Source of the DNA: Zancudomyces culisetae HAW-14-8
Taxonomy: Eukaryota > Fungi > Kickxellomycota
Direction of reading: 5' to 3'
Length of the DNA stretch: 64,000 nt
NCBI GenBank assembly: GCA_052426225.1
Contig: JBNJNM010000011.1
Coordinates: 4,154,001-4,218,000 of the forward strand
A model generated the notes under the pieces. It had not been told where the DNA came from. It searched no databases and was given only the letters and a program-made list of their open reading frames with translations. A program made the translations under genes and the position numbers. The first letter of the stretch is position 1, and every line of letters begins with the position of its first letter. Positions 8,094-19,328 of this stretch are shown here, in pieces.

Positions 8094-10241
8094 ATGACGG
8101 CTCTAAACTTTACAAATAGAATATCCACTACAAACAACGGAATTCCAATAATCTTAACGGTATCACAGTTCATATACCTGTATATATCTATTAATTCGGC
8201 TGTTTGCAGTAGGAATCCTCCTTGGACCCTTTTGACATCAACTTTTATGCCGATCAACATCAATCTACTACTACTATTTGTATTCTCGGCGGTATCGCTA
8301 ATCAGCCATTTATCCAGTTTTGTTTTAGATAAGATAAGCACAGTTTTGAGACCAAATAGTAGGATGAAATGGCTATTCTTCAGCGGATGGAGAACCATAC
8401 GGCTCGAAAAAGCTTTGAAATTGCATGTATACTTTGCTGTTTGGTTTACAGTATGGTGTATTATACACAGTGGGTTGGGAGCCTACTTATTTTACCAATC
8501 TAGATTAACTAAAGTGGATTTGTACGGTGGTTCAGAAAACCAAACCAGTCACACAGGGTCGGGTACTTCTTCTACTACTTACAAAAATTTTACAGACAAT
8601 CAATCCACATATCTTCATAGCTTCTCCAGAACCCGTGCATCTTCTACCATTGGCACTTCGTCCAAACTCAATCCAATCTCCGTTGCTAATAAAAACTCTG
8701 TTGCCCACTCCTCTTCAATTATCCATAGTACATCATATCTACATTCCATATTAGAGCCTTCCTTCAGCACTGTGTTTTTTAAAGAAGTGCCTACTTTGCC
8801 CCACGGAAAATATCTTTATATTGTTACGAAATCTGTAGATAGTACTGAAGAAAGTATCGATGATCAGGATACAGTTATATCTCGAAGCCAAAGGTCAGGT
8901 GTGGATAGTACATTTAAGGCAGCTAGTAGCCCAACTAACGATTCAACAGCCACTTTGCATATTACCACTTCAAAAGGTACAAAGGCTGCCGCTAAGAATG
9001 AAACCAATGGTGTCGAAGAACTTAATGTTGTATATACAGGAAAAAACAATAAGGAAAGAAAAGAGGATGATGATTGGATGTACTTTATGTTTTACACAGG
9101 AGCAATTGACATCGCATTTCTATTGGTACTGGCTTTGACTTCAATCCCCTCGATCAGGCGAAAATGGTACCAGCTTTTTTACTATTTACACCACTTTTTT
9201 ATTTCAATTATAGTGGTGACGATAATACATGCTGGAACAAATGCTATGTGGATTTGGATTCCAGGAGTAATGGTATACGTTGCTGATAAGATCCACCAGG
9301 TCATGTACATAAGAAAGGCTGAATCAAATAAAGTTGTTGCAAAAAAATGGACAGGGGCAATTTTTGAGCTGAAAATACCAACCTCAAAGGCAATTAGAGA
9401 TACGCTGAAATACTGTCAATATGTGTATATCAATTGCCCTGAAGTTTCGTGGCTTGAGTGGCATCCATTTCATATAGCTAGTATAAAAGGTGATGACTAT
9501 CTTGTACTGTATATTAAACTAGAGGGAAGTTGGACAAGAAAACTTCATGACGTACTTTTTTCGCCGAATATTAGAGTCATAAGCTCAGAAATAAATCAAG
9601 ATAAATACATGTCATCAGAATCTGCACAAACTCTACGCAAAGGAACAAGTATAGAACAACTGACTAATGACAGCACAGAGCCAATCTGCGTAGCAACAAA
9701 CGACAGAATTAAGATCCTTGCTACTGGTTGCTATAATACATCGTATCAGTATGTATTTGAAAATAATATTTGTGTATTGATATCTACAGGAACCGGGATT
9801 TCATTGCATATTTCCTTAATCAAGTATTTTTTGAAGTTTTCAGAAATTCTCAGGACGAGGAAACTCTATTTAGTATGGTCATACAAAGACCCCGAAGCTG
9901 TGAAAATAATTTACCATTTGTTGAGACAAATAAATGAGATGGGTATAATAAGGCCACGTGTGCACTTCATTTTACACTGCACCCAGGACAACGCAAGGAA
10001 GAGTAAACGTATTACGATCAATGCGTTTAAAAGTCAACAGATGACCCTTGAAGCTGGTGGGCGGCCAAACTATTTCGAGCTACTTGAGAGTATTACAAGT
10101 AGTAAAAATCATGGGAGTATTGGTGTGTCTTATGTCGGAAACAAAAAAGTACAGAAAATTGTGTTTCAGTCGTGTAATCAGATAAACCGATCAAAGTTCA
10201 TCAATGCCAAAATAAATTTCTACAGCTATAACGGAAACTAG
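8094..10241 (+). CDS. NADPH oxidase / ferric-reductase-superfamily membrane protein, NOX-like but divergent
   Basis: 715 aa. Bis-heme His pairs KLH-x13-H and YLHH...IIH, TM4 TG motif, IRRKWYQLFYYLHH, FAD region YVYINCPEVSWLEWHPFHIAS and GSWTRKL, NAD(P) region STGTGIS, LYLVWS and GRPNY. Confidence 0.88.
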   Translation: MTALNFTNRISTTNNGIPIILTVSQFIYLYISINSAVCSRNPPWTLLTSTFMPININLLLLFVFSAVSLISHLSSFVLDKISTVLRPNSRMKWLFFSGWRTIRLEKALKLHVYFAVWFTVWCIIHSGLGAYLFYQSRLTKVDLYGGSENQTSHTGSGTSSTTYKNFTDNQSTYLHSFSRTRASSTIGTSSKLNPISVANKNSVAHSSSIIHSTSYLHSILEPSFSTVFFKEVPTLPHGKYLYIVTKSVDSTEESIDDQDTVISRSQRSGVDSTFKAASSPTNDSTATLHITTSKGTKAAAKNETNGVEELNVVYTGKNNKERKEDDDWMYFMFYTGAIDIAFLLVLALTSIPSIRRKWYQLFYYLHHFFISIIVVTIIHAGTNAMWIWIPGVMVYVADKIHQVMYIRKAESNKVVAKKWTGAIFELKIPTSKAIRDTLKYCQYVYINCPEVSWLEWHPFHIASIKGDDYLVLYIKLEGSWTRKLHDVLFSPNIRVISSEINQDKYMSSESAQTLRKGTSIEQLTNDSTEPICVATNDRIKILATGCYNTSYQYVFENNICVLISTGTGISLHISLIKYFLKFSEILRTRKLYLVWSYKDPEAVKIIYHLLRQINEMGIIRPRVHFILHCTQDNARKSKRITINAFKSQQMTLEAGGRPNYFELLESITSSKNHGSIGVSYVGNKKVQKIVFQSCNQINRSKFINAKINFYSYNGN

Positions 10242-11303
10242 AATCTTCTTACAAGACTTTAGAGTTGTTATCTCACATAACCTTTTGCTCTTCTTTTCTT
10301 GCATCAATTGGAAATAGATTAAATAGTTGTTTTTGATTTTTTGTTAGTCAATAACAATACCATAAGTGTATTCATACCCACAACAGCAGAGCTAAGATTG
10401 ATGCAGATTCTGCAATTGATTTTCTCCGGCATTTTGATACAAAATAAATACGCAAGTTATTTCAACCAAACGCATTCTTAGGGTCTCGAATGTGATATGT
10501 AAAATAAACGACTAGGTGGGTGTGAGCCGACTGCAGGACGCCACCTTTCACTAATAACACACTTTTGACGCAGTTTTGAATTCGCAGTTTCACACAAAAC
10601 TTAGTGGGAGAACTTATGCGGTTGATATGTCACATTTTCAGTCGAGCTTCACTGCACTGGCTATATTACAGGCTGGCGAATTGATAAGCTAGACGCAATG
10701 TATCGAGAGAAATGAAAGTAGGTATTCTTATTTCTGCTTCCAGATTGTTATTAGCACTTCATCTTGACTGACTAATCAAGTAAAGCTAACTTTGGAAAAC
10801 TTTCAAAACAAAAAAACCTAAACCATTTAGAAATGATTATAGCCCAAAAAACACAACCATCAAAGCAATTGAAAAACCTCAAGTATGGGTAAAACAAATT
10901 CAGCAAGAGAGGATGGGAGAATGAAACGGAATTCTGGAAATCTTGGAAATTAAGGCAAAAGCAAATCACCCAAATTACGGAGACGCAAATCGTTTTGTCG
11001 TTGCAGGGTCTTGACGAATTGTCTTTGCAATCTGAAATTCAATTAGCTAATGTTGCTGCAATTTCAATTACAGCTAAAATAAACAAAATAAAACCCAAAA
11101 AAGAAAAGACGCCCTAAAAAAATTTTCAGAACATTAAAAAATTTTTAACGTTTAGGCGAAAAAAAAGGACAACAAAAAACGAAAAATAAATTCGGTAGGG
11201 CGAAGGAAGAGGAATAGTAGAGTAGGCTACAGTAAGAAAGTTTTTGGATCGTATAACGCAAGAGAGGAAGTATTCAGTAAAAAGGATAGTAGATCGAAGA
11301 AAG

Positions 11304-12533
11304 ATGGAAGCACAAAAGGTAATGACTAAATTTGATCTGTAGAAAAACAACGCTGTATTTAAATATTTATTTTTCAAGATGATATCTTGACAGTTCTGCT
11401 TTCTTTAATCTATATAGGGTATTAGAAGAGTAATGTGTTATAACTGTGGCAAAGGTAGCTAAAGATGATGCTGTGAACTCGGTTTTTATCTCTATTAATT
11501 TCTTATATATTTTCACTGTTTGATATTTAAAGTTGAAGCGTAAATAACGAGAAACACGTGAAAACCCGAATAGTTGGCCATATCGCACAGGAATGTAGAC
11601 AAACGGAGAAGTTGTGCTATAACTGTTCCAAGCCAGGTCACAATTCTAACGAGTGTACTGAAGCAAGGACAAATTTGACCAAGGAATGTTTCCGTTGCAA
11701 CAAGAGTAAGGACCAACAATTCCCCTTTTTTGATTTAAAGATATGTTATATAAGTGCCAAGTTTGGCATGCAATAGAGCAACTAATAAAAAAATCTATTT
11801 GTTGCACTTTTCAGCTGGACATATTGCGGCAGAATGTAATGCACCATTCGTTCCTTCCAAAGGGGCCAGAAGTACTGGGATAAAGCAAATAAGGTGCCAC
11901 AACTGCAATGGATTTGTAAGTTATGTCTATTTTGTTTTTTATTGCTAAGCTAAAAGTTTGCCACCTTTGAATAATGAGCCTAATGATTGTTGAAAAATAT
12001 ATAGGGTCACATCGCTAAGGATTGTCGCAGTAGATTGGGACGTGGTGGACAACGCCAAGGGCTCAGAGATCGCAGAGGGCCTGACAGTCGTTTTTCAACA
12101 ACTATATGCTATGTTTGTGGTGGTAAGTTTGGAAAGCCAGTGGACTAGGTGGATAGAGTTGTATACGCCATTTTATTTACATTTTTTTGTCTATCAAATG
12201 TAGGAGCCAACCACTTGGCTAAGGATTGTAAATCCCCCGATAACCGATGCTACGCCTGTGGAAGATACGGACATATGGTATTTTTTTTTTGCCTTTATAT
12301 ATAATATCATTTTATTTGTGTCACTTGTTCCGTACTATGGACTAAACCTCTGTTCTATTTCCTAGGCACGTGATTGCAGAAAATCAACTACTGATTCCAA
12401 CCTTAAGCTCTGCTACCGCTGCGAGGAGTCTGGCCATCTCGCAAGAGATTGTCCAAATGCACCGCTAAGTTCCAAGGATAAGAGTGAAGAGCCTGTCTCC
12501 GATTCCAAGATGTCTGCTGAACCCACCAACTAG
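11304..12533 (+). CDS. GIS2: CNBP/Gis2/Byr3-family protein with seven CCHC zinc knuckles (7 exons, 214 aa)
   Basis: Exons 11304-11318, 11418-11454, 11574-11705, 11815-11915, 12005-12122, 12204-12277 and 12366-12533 join through GT-AG introns in consistent phase (645 nt). They give seven CX2CX4HX4C knuckles plus an RG-rich linker. Confidence 0.92.
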
Positions 12534-13297
12534 GCATCAGATTTTTTTTTTTGCTCGAGTTTACCTGGTTGATTCGACTTGGTTTGGCTTGGTTGTTTTA
12601 TTTAGGCTTTTTTATTATTTAGTTTTTGGGTTTTGTGTTAGCCATATATATTCTCTTATATCATATTGCACAAAAATAAAAGTGGTATACGGTAAATATT
12701 TGATATAACGCCTATCTCATTCTTCCTTTTGAACCTGGATCTTTTTTTTTTGTCTTTTTTTGATGAAAGTGGGATTTTAAGTAAGATTTCGATATCTTTT
12801 ATGGGAAGAAACTGCAAAGGGCAAAAGTTCATAGTGTAACAAAGTGGTCGCGTTGCTTATAACTGCGAATCTGGCTATGGTATTGAATTGCCAGGTCAAT
12901 ATTGAAGATTTTTTTTCTTTGAAATAGTATTGAAGGCTTATTCGTTGGATTGGAAGAAAAAAACTAATGTAAACATATTTGCCCAATAAAACGCTGAGGC
13001 GCTTTTTTTTTTTTAAAAAAAAAGCTGAAAAAACAGAAATTGCAGCTAAAATTATTTGAAAAATTATTTAAAATGGCTAAGCAAGCCAACAAACCAACAA
13101 ACTCTTGTTGAGGTTTTTTAAACAGAGGCACAAAAATATTGCTAAATACATGCTGTCCTAATGAACATAAACGAAAACAACAATAACAACACATATTAAG
13201 TTACGCTACTATCAAAATTTAGAGTGTTCAGGATAAGTACAAAGAATCGGATACATTTGTATACAATTGACGATACCGATAAGGCTTACAATCAAGG

Positions 13298-15898
13298 ATG
13301 AATGAAAAGCTTGGAATTCAAGGCAAAAATGACCTGTCCGAAATCGAATATATTGAAATGAAAAAGGGTCTGGTCTTGCAAGAGATTGAGGAGAATTTTG
13401 ACAAATGCTGCAGAACTATCTCGGGTGGTATACTACCCAAAGCAAAAGAAATCAGTCGCACGTCAAAAGAAATATCAGATAAAATAGCTCCTTGGATTCG
13501 ATTCTTTAAATCTACTCTTGGAGAAGTAAAAGAAGACAGCAAAGATATACCTTTAGTAAATAATGCAATCGATGAAACACAAGAAAGTGCTCAAGTCAAC
13601 ACGCACAATAGCAGGGTGGATGAAGCGCAAGCTTCTCGCAGCGAGACCAGAGATACGCCCAGTAGTGCAGAAATATATTCTTTTTCTCGATTGAATGAGG
13701 CTGGAGATGATGAAGAGAGTGTTTATGAGAATGATATAGAAACAGATACGTTTTACAAGCAGGTACTTGAAAAAAAAAGAATGGTAAACGGTCAAAGCAA
13801 TGTAGGGCTGGGTATTTATGATAGCAAATATACGCACAATAACGAATCGGAAAATGTGAAAAGGAACCAGCAACAGACTATGGGTGATAACAATAAGGGA
13901 AAGCAAAGGGAAGGGTTCAGTAGGGAAAATGCACCAGGCGATAATGCTGCTATGACATTGGGAGAGTATGTTTCAAAGTATGGCTCAGTGCAGAGACGGC
14001 AGTCAAAATATATGGATATTAATTTTAAACCAACAAGCATAGAATCCAAACATTCATATGGAGGAATATCAATAAGCACTGAGGATATGATGCCACCAAA
14101 GATGAGTCCGTTGAAGACGACCAAATTTACACTTCCGGTTTCGCGAAAAAGCTTGGGAGTCAGTGGAAGGAGGAGAAATGAGGATGGAAAGAGGAGTAAT
14201 AGATATTATAATCACTCTGACACTGATTCGATGTTTTCTCAGGATACAGATGCAATGCTGGAGGAGCTCACAATGCAAATGAGCAAGTACCACACACCAA
14301 GTGGTAATGGTGGGGGTGTTTTAGATGCTGATACGCCTAGTACAATAGAAACAGATCAGATTATTAGGTTTAGATTGGGTAATGGAGGTGATGGTATAGG
14401 TATGGATATGAATACAACTACAGCTACGGCTGCAGCTGCAGACACAACTCTGCGAAACAGCGGGGTTACCAGTGGTTCTGCTACGATGTATACTTCATCT
14501 GTTAGTCCCGTAGATGCTACTAGAAACCAGACGCTTGAAGTCGCAAACACTGCTGTCGAATGTTTGGAGAATTCTGCTCTAGAGGTTCAAGATATAACTA
14601 TGAATGAGGAAGATTGCGACAATACACGACAGGCTAGCATACAACAGGAAACAAACACCGCCCACACTACATCCTCAACTTCGACTTCGAGACCAGCTCC
14701 TACAGAAAATGGGCGACAAAAACTTGCTCACCAAGCAGAAAGACTACAGGAAGAGGGCGGCCGTATGGACGTGGAGGATGAGGACGACGAATCAGATCTT
14801 GACCATATTCCTACACCCCCCAGACTTTCATATAATTTTTCTAGTGTCGACCTTCAGCCGATTGAGCCTCTCATGTCCTCATCACCTCTGGCAAACGCAT
14901 CTGTGGAACAAAACGTCAAAAAATCTTCGGCTGAACCTACAACTATCGACACAGCCCATTTGCCGCCGTCAACATCACCATCACCATCACCATTACCATT
15001 ACCGTCGCCATCGCCATCGCCATCACCATTACCTGCCTCCAGTCCCTTAGTTTCTAACCAGCCATTTACAGATCAAGAAATTTTTTCGTCACCGTCTGCT
15101 CACCACAAAAATCCAAGCCCTTCTGGAGGGACGAAAAGGCCATTTATTGACTCACCTATGCCAACTGTGCCTCATGATGATACTGTGGTTATGGACCCTT
15201 CAATATATCAAAATATTCATCCTGATGATATTACCAGTAACCCTGTAATAGAGTCGCCTAGTGTCAATATTGGAAATGCCGCCAAGAGGTCCAGGCTAAA
15301 GCCAATGACTTCCTTAGAAGTTTCAAATCAGCACAGCAGCCATGTTTCCAGTTTTCAAGTTAGCTCTCCACCCCGCAATACCAAACAACCTCTAAATTCA
15401 AGATCTTCCTCTGTGAAAAATAGACTTTCTACTTCTCCAAGCCTAAATCTCCATAATGTTTTTTATTCAGCATCTTCATCTTCTAATACTAACAATAGTA
15501 ACGTCAACAGATCACATTTCAGGAGATCATTAAGTTCTCTACAGAACTCAGACTTTTCCAGCAAATCTCAAGCTGGTGTCGCTCCCAACCTCATCCCAAA
15601 TGGCTCATCGGGTTTCCGTGCTCGTCGTGCAAGTAACCATACATTCAGCACTTCCCTTTTAAATTCCGCCCACAAAAAATCTGATTTATCATACGATTCG
15701 CACAACTCCAACACTGGTTCTTTTGGAGACTTATCTTTATCCGCTTCTAAAAGCACACTCCAACAAAAATCACATCATAGTGCCACTAATATGACTAACA
15801 CTAAAACCTCATCCAACGACCCGATTACTCCCTCTATTAACACTACAGACTCTAATGTGGGTGCTAAAGACAAACTATCCGCCTCCAAAAGGCCATAA
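13298..15898 (+). CDS. ASK1: DASH/Dam1 kinetochore complex subunit Ask1
   Basis: N-terminal EIEYIEMKKGLVLQEIEENFDKCCRTISGGILP...WIRFF matches the DASH_Ask1 pattern (L.LQEID.NF....I...ILP...W..FF). Internal SPLKTTKFTLP resembles the Ask1 SPP.T.QF motif. The remainder is S/P-rich and probably disordered. Confidence 0.8.
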   Translation: MNEKLGIQGKNDLSEIEYIEMKKGLVLQEIEENFDKCCRTISGGILPKAKEISRTSKEISDKIAPWIRFFKSTLGEVKEDSKDIPLVNNAIDETQESAQVNTHNSRVDEAQASRSETRDTPSSAEIYSFSRLNEAGDDEESVYENDIETDTFYKQVLEKKRMVNGQSNVGLGIYDSKYTHNNESENVKRNQQQTMGDNNKGKQREGFSRENAPGDNAAMTLGEYVSKYGSVQRRQSKYMDINFKPTSIESKHSYGGISISTEDMMPPKMSPLKTTKFTLPVSRKSLGVSGRRRNEDGKRSNRYYNHSDTDSMFSQDTDAMLEELTMQMSKYHTPSGNGGGVLDADTPSTIETDQIIRFRLGNGGDGIGMDMNTTTATAAAADTTLRNSGVTSGSATMYTSSVSPVDATRNQTLEVANTAVECLENSALEVQDITMNEEDCDNTRQASIQQETNTAHTTSSTSTSRPAPTENGRQKLAHQAERLQEEGGRMDVEDEDDESDLDHIPTPPRLSYNFSSVDLQPIEPLMSSSPLANASVEQNVKKSSAEPTTIDTAHLPPSTSPSPSPLPLPSPSPSPSPLPASSPLVSNQPFTDQEIFSSPSAHHKNPSPSGGTKRPFIDSPMPTVPHDDTVVMDPSIYQNIHPDDITSNPVIESPSVNIGNAAKRSRLKPMTSLEVSNQHSSHVSSFQVSSPPRNTKQPLNSRSSSVKNRLSTSPSLNLHNVFYSASSSSNTNNSNVNRSHFRRSLSSLQNSDFSSKSQAGVAPNLIPNGSSGFRARRASNHTFSTSLLNSAHKKSDLSYDSHNSNTGSFGDLSLSASKSTLQQKSHHSATNMTNTKTSSNDPITPSINTTDSNVGAKDKLSASKRP

Positions 15899-16823
15899 AA
15901 TTATAAAGACCACACGAATTGTATTTTTCAACCTCAAACAATGTTCACAAACCTTGTAGCACTTTTTTTTTTGATTTTAAGATTACTGTAAACCATAATT
16001 CATATACATATCTTTTTTTTTGTGGTCTTATTGGAGCCATCAACAGGCTAAAAACTGAAACTAAACGTAGATACTACACTCATCATACGTTAGTTTGGAG
16101 CATAGAAATGAGTAAAGCATCTTACATATATATACTTTTTCAACTAAAATCATCACAAACCTTTAACGCCGTTAGCCTACACAAACTATTTGAGTTAACC
16201 AAATATCAAATACCAAATACTATATTTGCTATAAGTTTAAACGAGCGCATCGTTATAGTAAACGGTTATTTTCTATATAAATTTTTATTACAAAAAGAAA
16301 ATGTGCAATAAGTGTTTAGATTTTTTACTTTTACTTTTTTTATATCCTATTGCGTTTAAATAAATGAAAGGAATGTATCTGACCCATGCGATAGCATGGA
16401 ATAGAATAGTAAGAAGCCAATCGGACCAAAAAAATGTGAGAAATAAATTTCCAGTGTTTGACGAAACTTTTAGAAGCTTCTAACCTCTTTCTTGTTCGTT
16501 TGGTAACTCAAACTGTTGTATTTTTGAAAATACAATATACAGTAATGGTAATAATGGTCTAATAATATATTCTCCCACCTCTACTTTTTTTTTTCTTCTC
16601 CACGTGTACAATTATAATACTTGACCTATTTTTTTAAGAGATCAAACAGATTAATTGTACACACTGTTAAATTTACATCATATTGAGGCAAACAATGTTA
16701 CCCCAACATAGCATATTTCATATACATTTTTTCCCAGCTATTCAAATATTAGTTAATAATTCTCGTATTGTATAATCTTTGGAACTAAATTAAGCATGTA
16801 TATAATACGCCTATCCAAACATG

Positions 16824-16870
16824 TTTTTCATTTTCATTCTCATTTTCATTTTCATTTTCATTTTCATTTT
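16824..16870 (+). repeat. (TTTTCA)n hexamer microsatellite
   Basis: About seven units with one variant, seen directly. Confidence 0.9.
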
Positions 16871-19328
16871 ATTTGTTCTTTATGAGTATTTCTTTTGAAA
16901 TGAGTGGATGTGGTGGAAATCGAGGCATTGACAATATTGGGAATGAAGAAAAGCTATTCCAGTTAACTACCAAACTTGTGATTACGCTTTATGGTAGATG
17001 TTTACTTGTAAAAAAAGGTATCAGTAGTATATAACTTTTTGTGTTACTTGCCAGGATTATGGTGTAACCCGATTTCTGGGATATTAGCTAGTAAAACTCC
17101 CATTTCCAGTAAATGTGTTGGACACGTTTGGCAACTATTTCACTGTAAAAAGGCTGGAGCTACACATATGCATGGTATTTTACACCATTTATATGAACTT
17201 TGTCATTGTTAAAATACGTATGCGCACAAATACTCTTTTTTCTTTATTTTTCTTTATTCTTGGTGTTCTTGGCTCCATGGCTAGTAGGTAATAATTTTGT
17301 AATGATCATTATACCCTAAAGAAAGTTTAAATATCTACATGCACATGTAGAACTTAAAGCTAGAAATCAGCCAAAATCGTAAAAGGTATTCTCCCCCCAA
17401 TTATCAACTCTGTAGTTCACCCCATGGTTAGTGTATTAGGGGAGGTGTGATAATATGACAGAGTCCATATGCGCGGCTTATTTTAATAAATTCTGCATTC
17501 CTCCTTTCCTCTAGTCGAGGGATTCCGCTTTAAAATGAGAACAACTTTGTAAAATTATGCGAAAGGATTTTCCCAAAACAAGTGATTTTATTTTTTAACA
17601 ATAACATTGCCCAGAAAGCTGGTTAATTAAACCTATACAAAACATGAAAGTCTACTTGGATTCATTGTGCTATATTTACGCTGCATTGTTTTACTTTTTT
17701 TTTTTTATAATTTTTTTCACTTTTCGATTTCTTTTACTGTGATGCTAAAATATTATAGTTTTGAAACGAATAAATAAGCATTCTCTGATTCTCTGCTTGG
17801 TTGAAAAAAAAAAAAGTTTCATAAACTTTGGATTTTGTTTTGTTACTATTAAAGACAAAACTACCAGGAAAATGAATGTCTAAGAATTAAAGACTAAAAA
17901 TAGCTGAGAAAGGAATGATTGACAATAAAACAAAAGATATTAAACAAGATTTTTTAATGTGCGGGTGACTCTTGATGATAAATCACTTTAGTACTTTAAT
18001 GTTTTTGGAATTTTAGGAATATCCTTTGTTTTAATTTTTTGACTTGTGACTCTAAAGCCCCAAACAACACAACGGTAAGTAATCCATCACTGTATGCTAT
18101 ATTGCCATTGGTGCAGATATAAAACTATTTGTTGTCTTGTTTGTATAAGGTATGTTCGTAAAAGATTACCGTAACATTATCGTGGACAATATTTCAGACT
18201 CATTGTTATTGGGTTTGCTACCTTTTTCCTATATCCATGTTCGAGTGAATTGGTGATTGAACGAAAGAAAAAAAAAAGCGGAATAACAGGGTTCTGCTAT
18301 GTCTTGGTAAAAAGTCAAACATAAAATTCATTTTTCAATTTAGCAAATAGCTAAAGTTAAAAAAACCCTAAATCCTGAGTGTATTGAAACAAAAGGAATT
18401 AATGTAAACCATCGTATAAGAATCAATTAGCCATAAGCACACCTTCTTGTTCTAGTTACCAGTCAAAAACATTGTTATTATTCGTTTTATTTCGGTGTTT
18501 TAAATCTGTACATGTTTCTGAGATAATTTAGCTTCAACACATTTTCATTTACAAAAGCTTTGGTATATCAACCATTCATAGACACAGGATTTTGTTGTGT
18601 TCCTTGAACCCTTTTTATAACCGTGGAAAAGAAAAGTAATACCAGGAGCCGAAAAGAAACAACATAAAAAAAAAAGTTGCATCGATAATATCTGGTGTTT
18701 GACAAAATATGCATTACTAGTATTGCATGCAACTTGGTTCATAAGCTAGTTTACTTGAACATTATTTCTTGTCGTTTTTCAATTTTTTTGTGCCCTGCAA
18801 CATTTCACTTATATAATTTAGCTTGTTTTAGATAGACTTATCTGCCAAATCAGGCCTCATCAACCTACACGAGTAATAGAAACATCACAGAAATATCCGA
18901 AGTACTGCTCTATAGGGCATAATATCCATATATACATAGAGTTTACCAGGTAAAAAGGATCCAGGAGTGCTATTTCCTTCTATTTGGCTTTTATGTAAAT
19001 ACCATAGACCAGAAAACTATACAACTGAAGGTATTCTGCAACATCACAAAGGTTAGTGTTTAATAGTTACAAAAAGTTGTTTAAAAAGGGGAAAGCATTT
19101 GGAAATGTGGACACTACTCTATATGGTTGACTTTAGAAGATGTCCTCAAATGATTATGTAGGCTCTATAAAACATAATATAGTTATAGATATTTATTAGA
19201 GAAGATATTAATACATTAGGTTAGAGTAATAAAAGAGGTGAAGACATAAAAAAGAGTGAATGCAACCTAAAGAGCAACGTAATAAGCAGAATACAACCGG
19301 GTGAATGCAAATATTCGGATAGACAAGG

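Noticed and set aside
11119-11128. RRPE-like TGAAAATTTT (minus strand) upstream of GIS2, and similar A/T tracts upstream of MDN1
   Set aside because: Plausible for ribosome-biogenesis genes, but such words are frequent by chance in this AT-rich DNA.
11558-11948. CCHC-containing short ORFs as retroelement gag fragments
   Set aside because: They are exons of the spliced CNBP/Gis2 gene.
15919-19300. 130-aa ORF at 15919 and short ORFs in the 3.4-kb intergenic region (e.g. 44 aa from about 16899)
   Set aside because: No recognisable motifs and no convincing exon chain; the 130-aa ORF has a non-ATG start. No tRNA or snRNA signatures found by eye.
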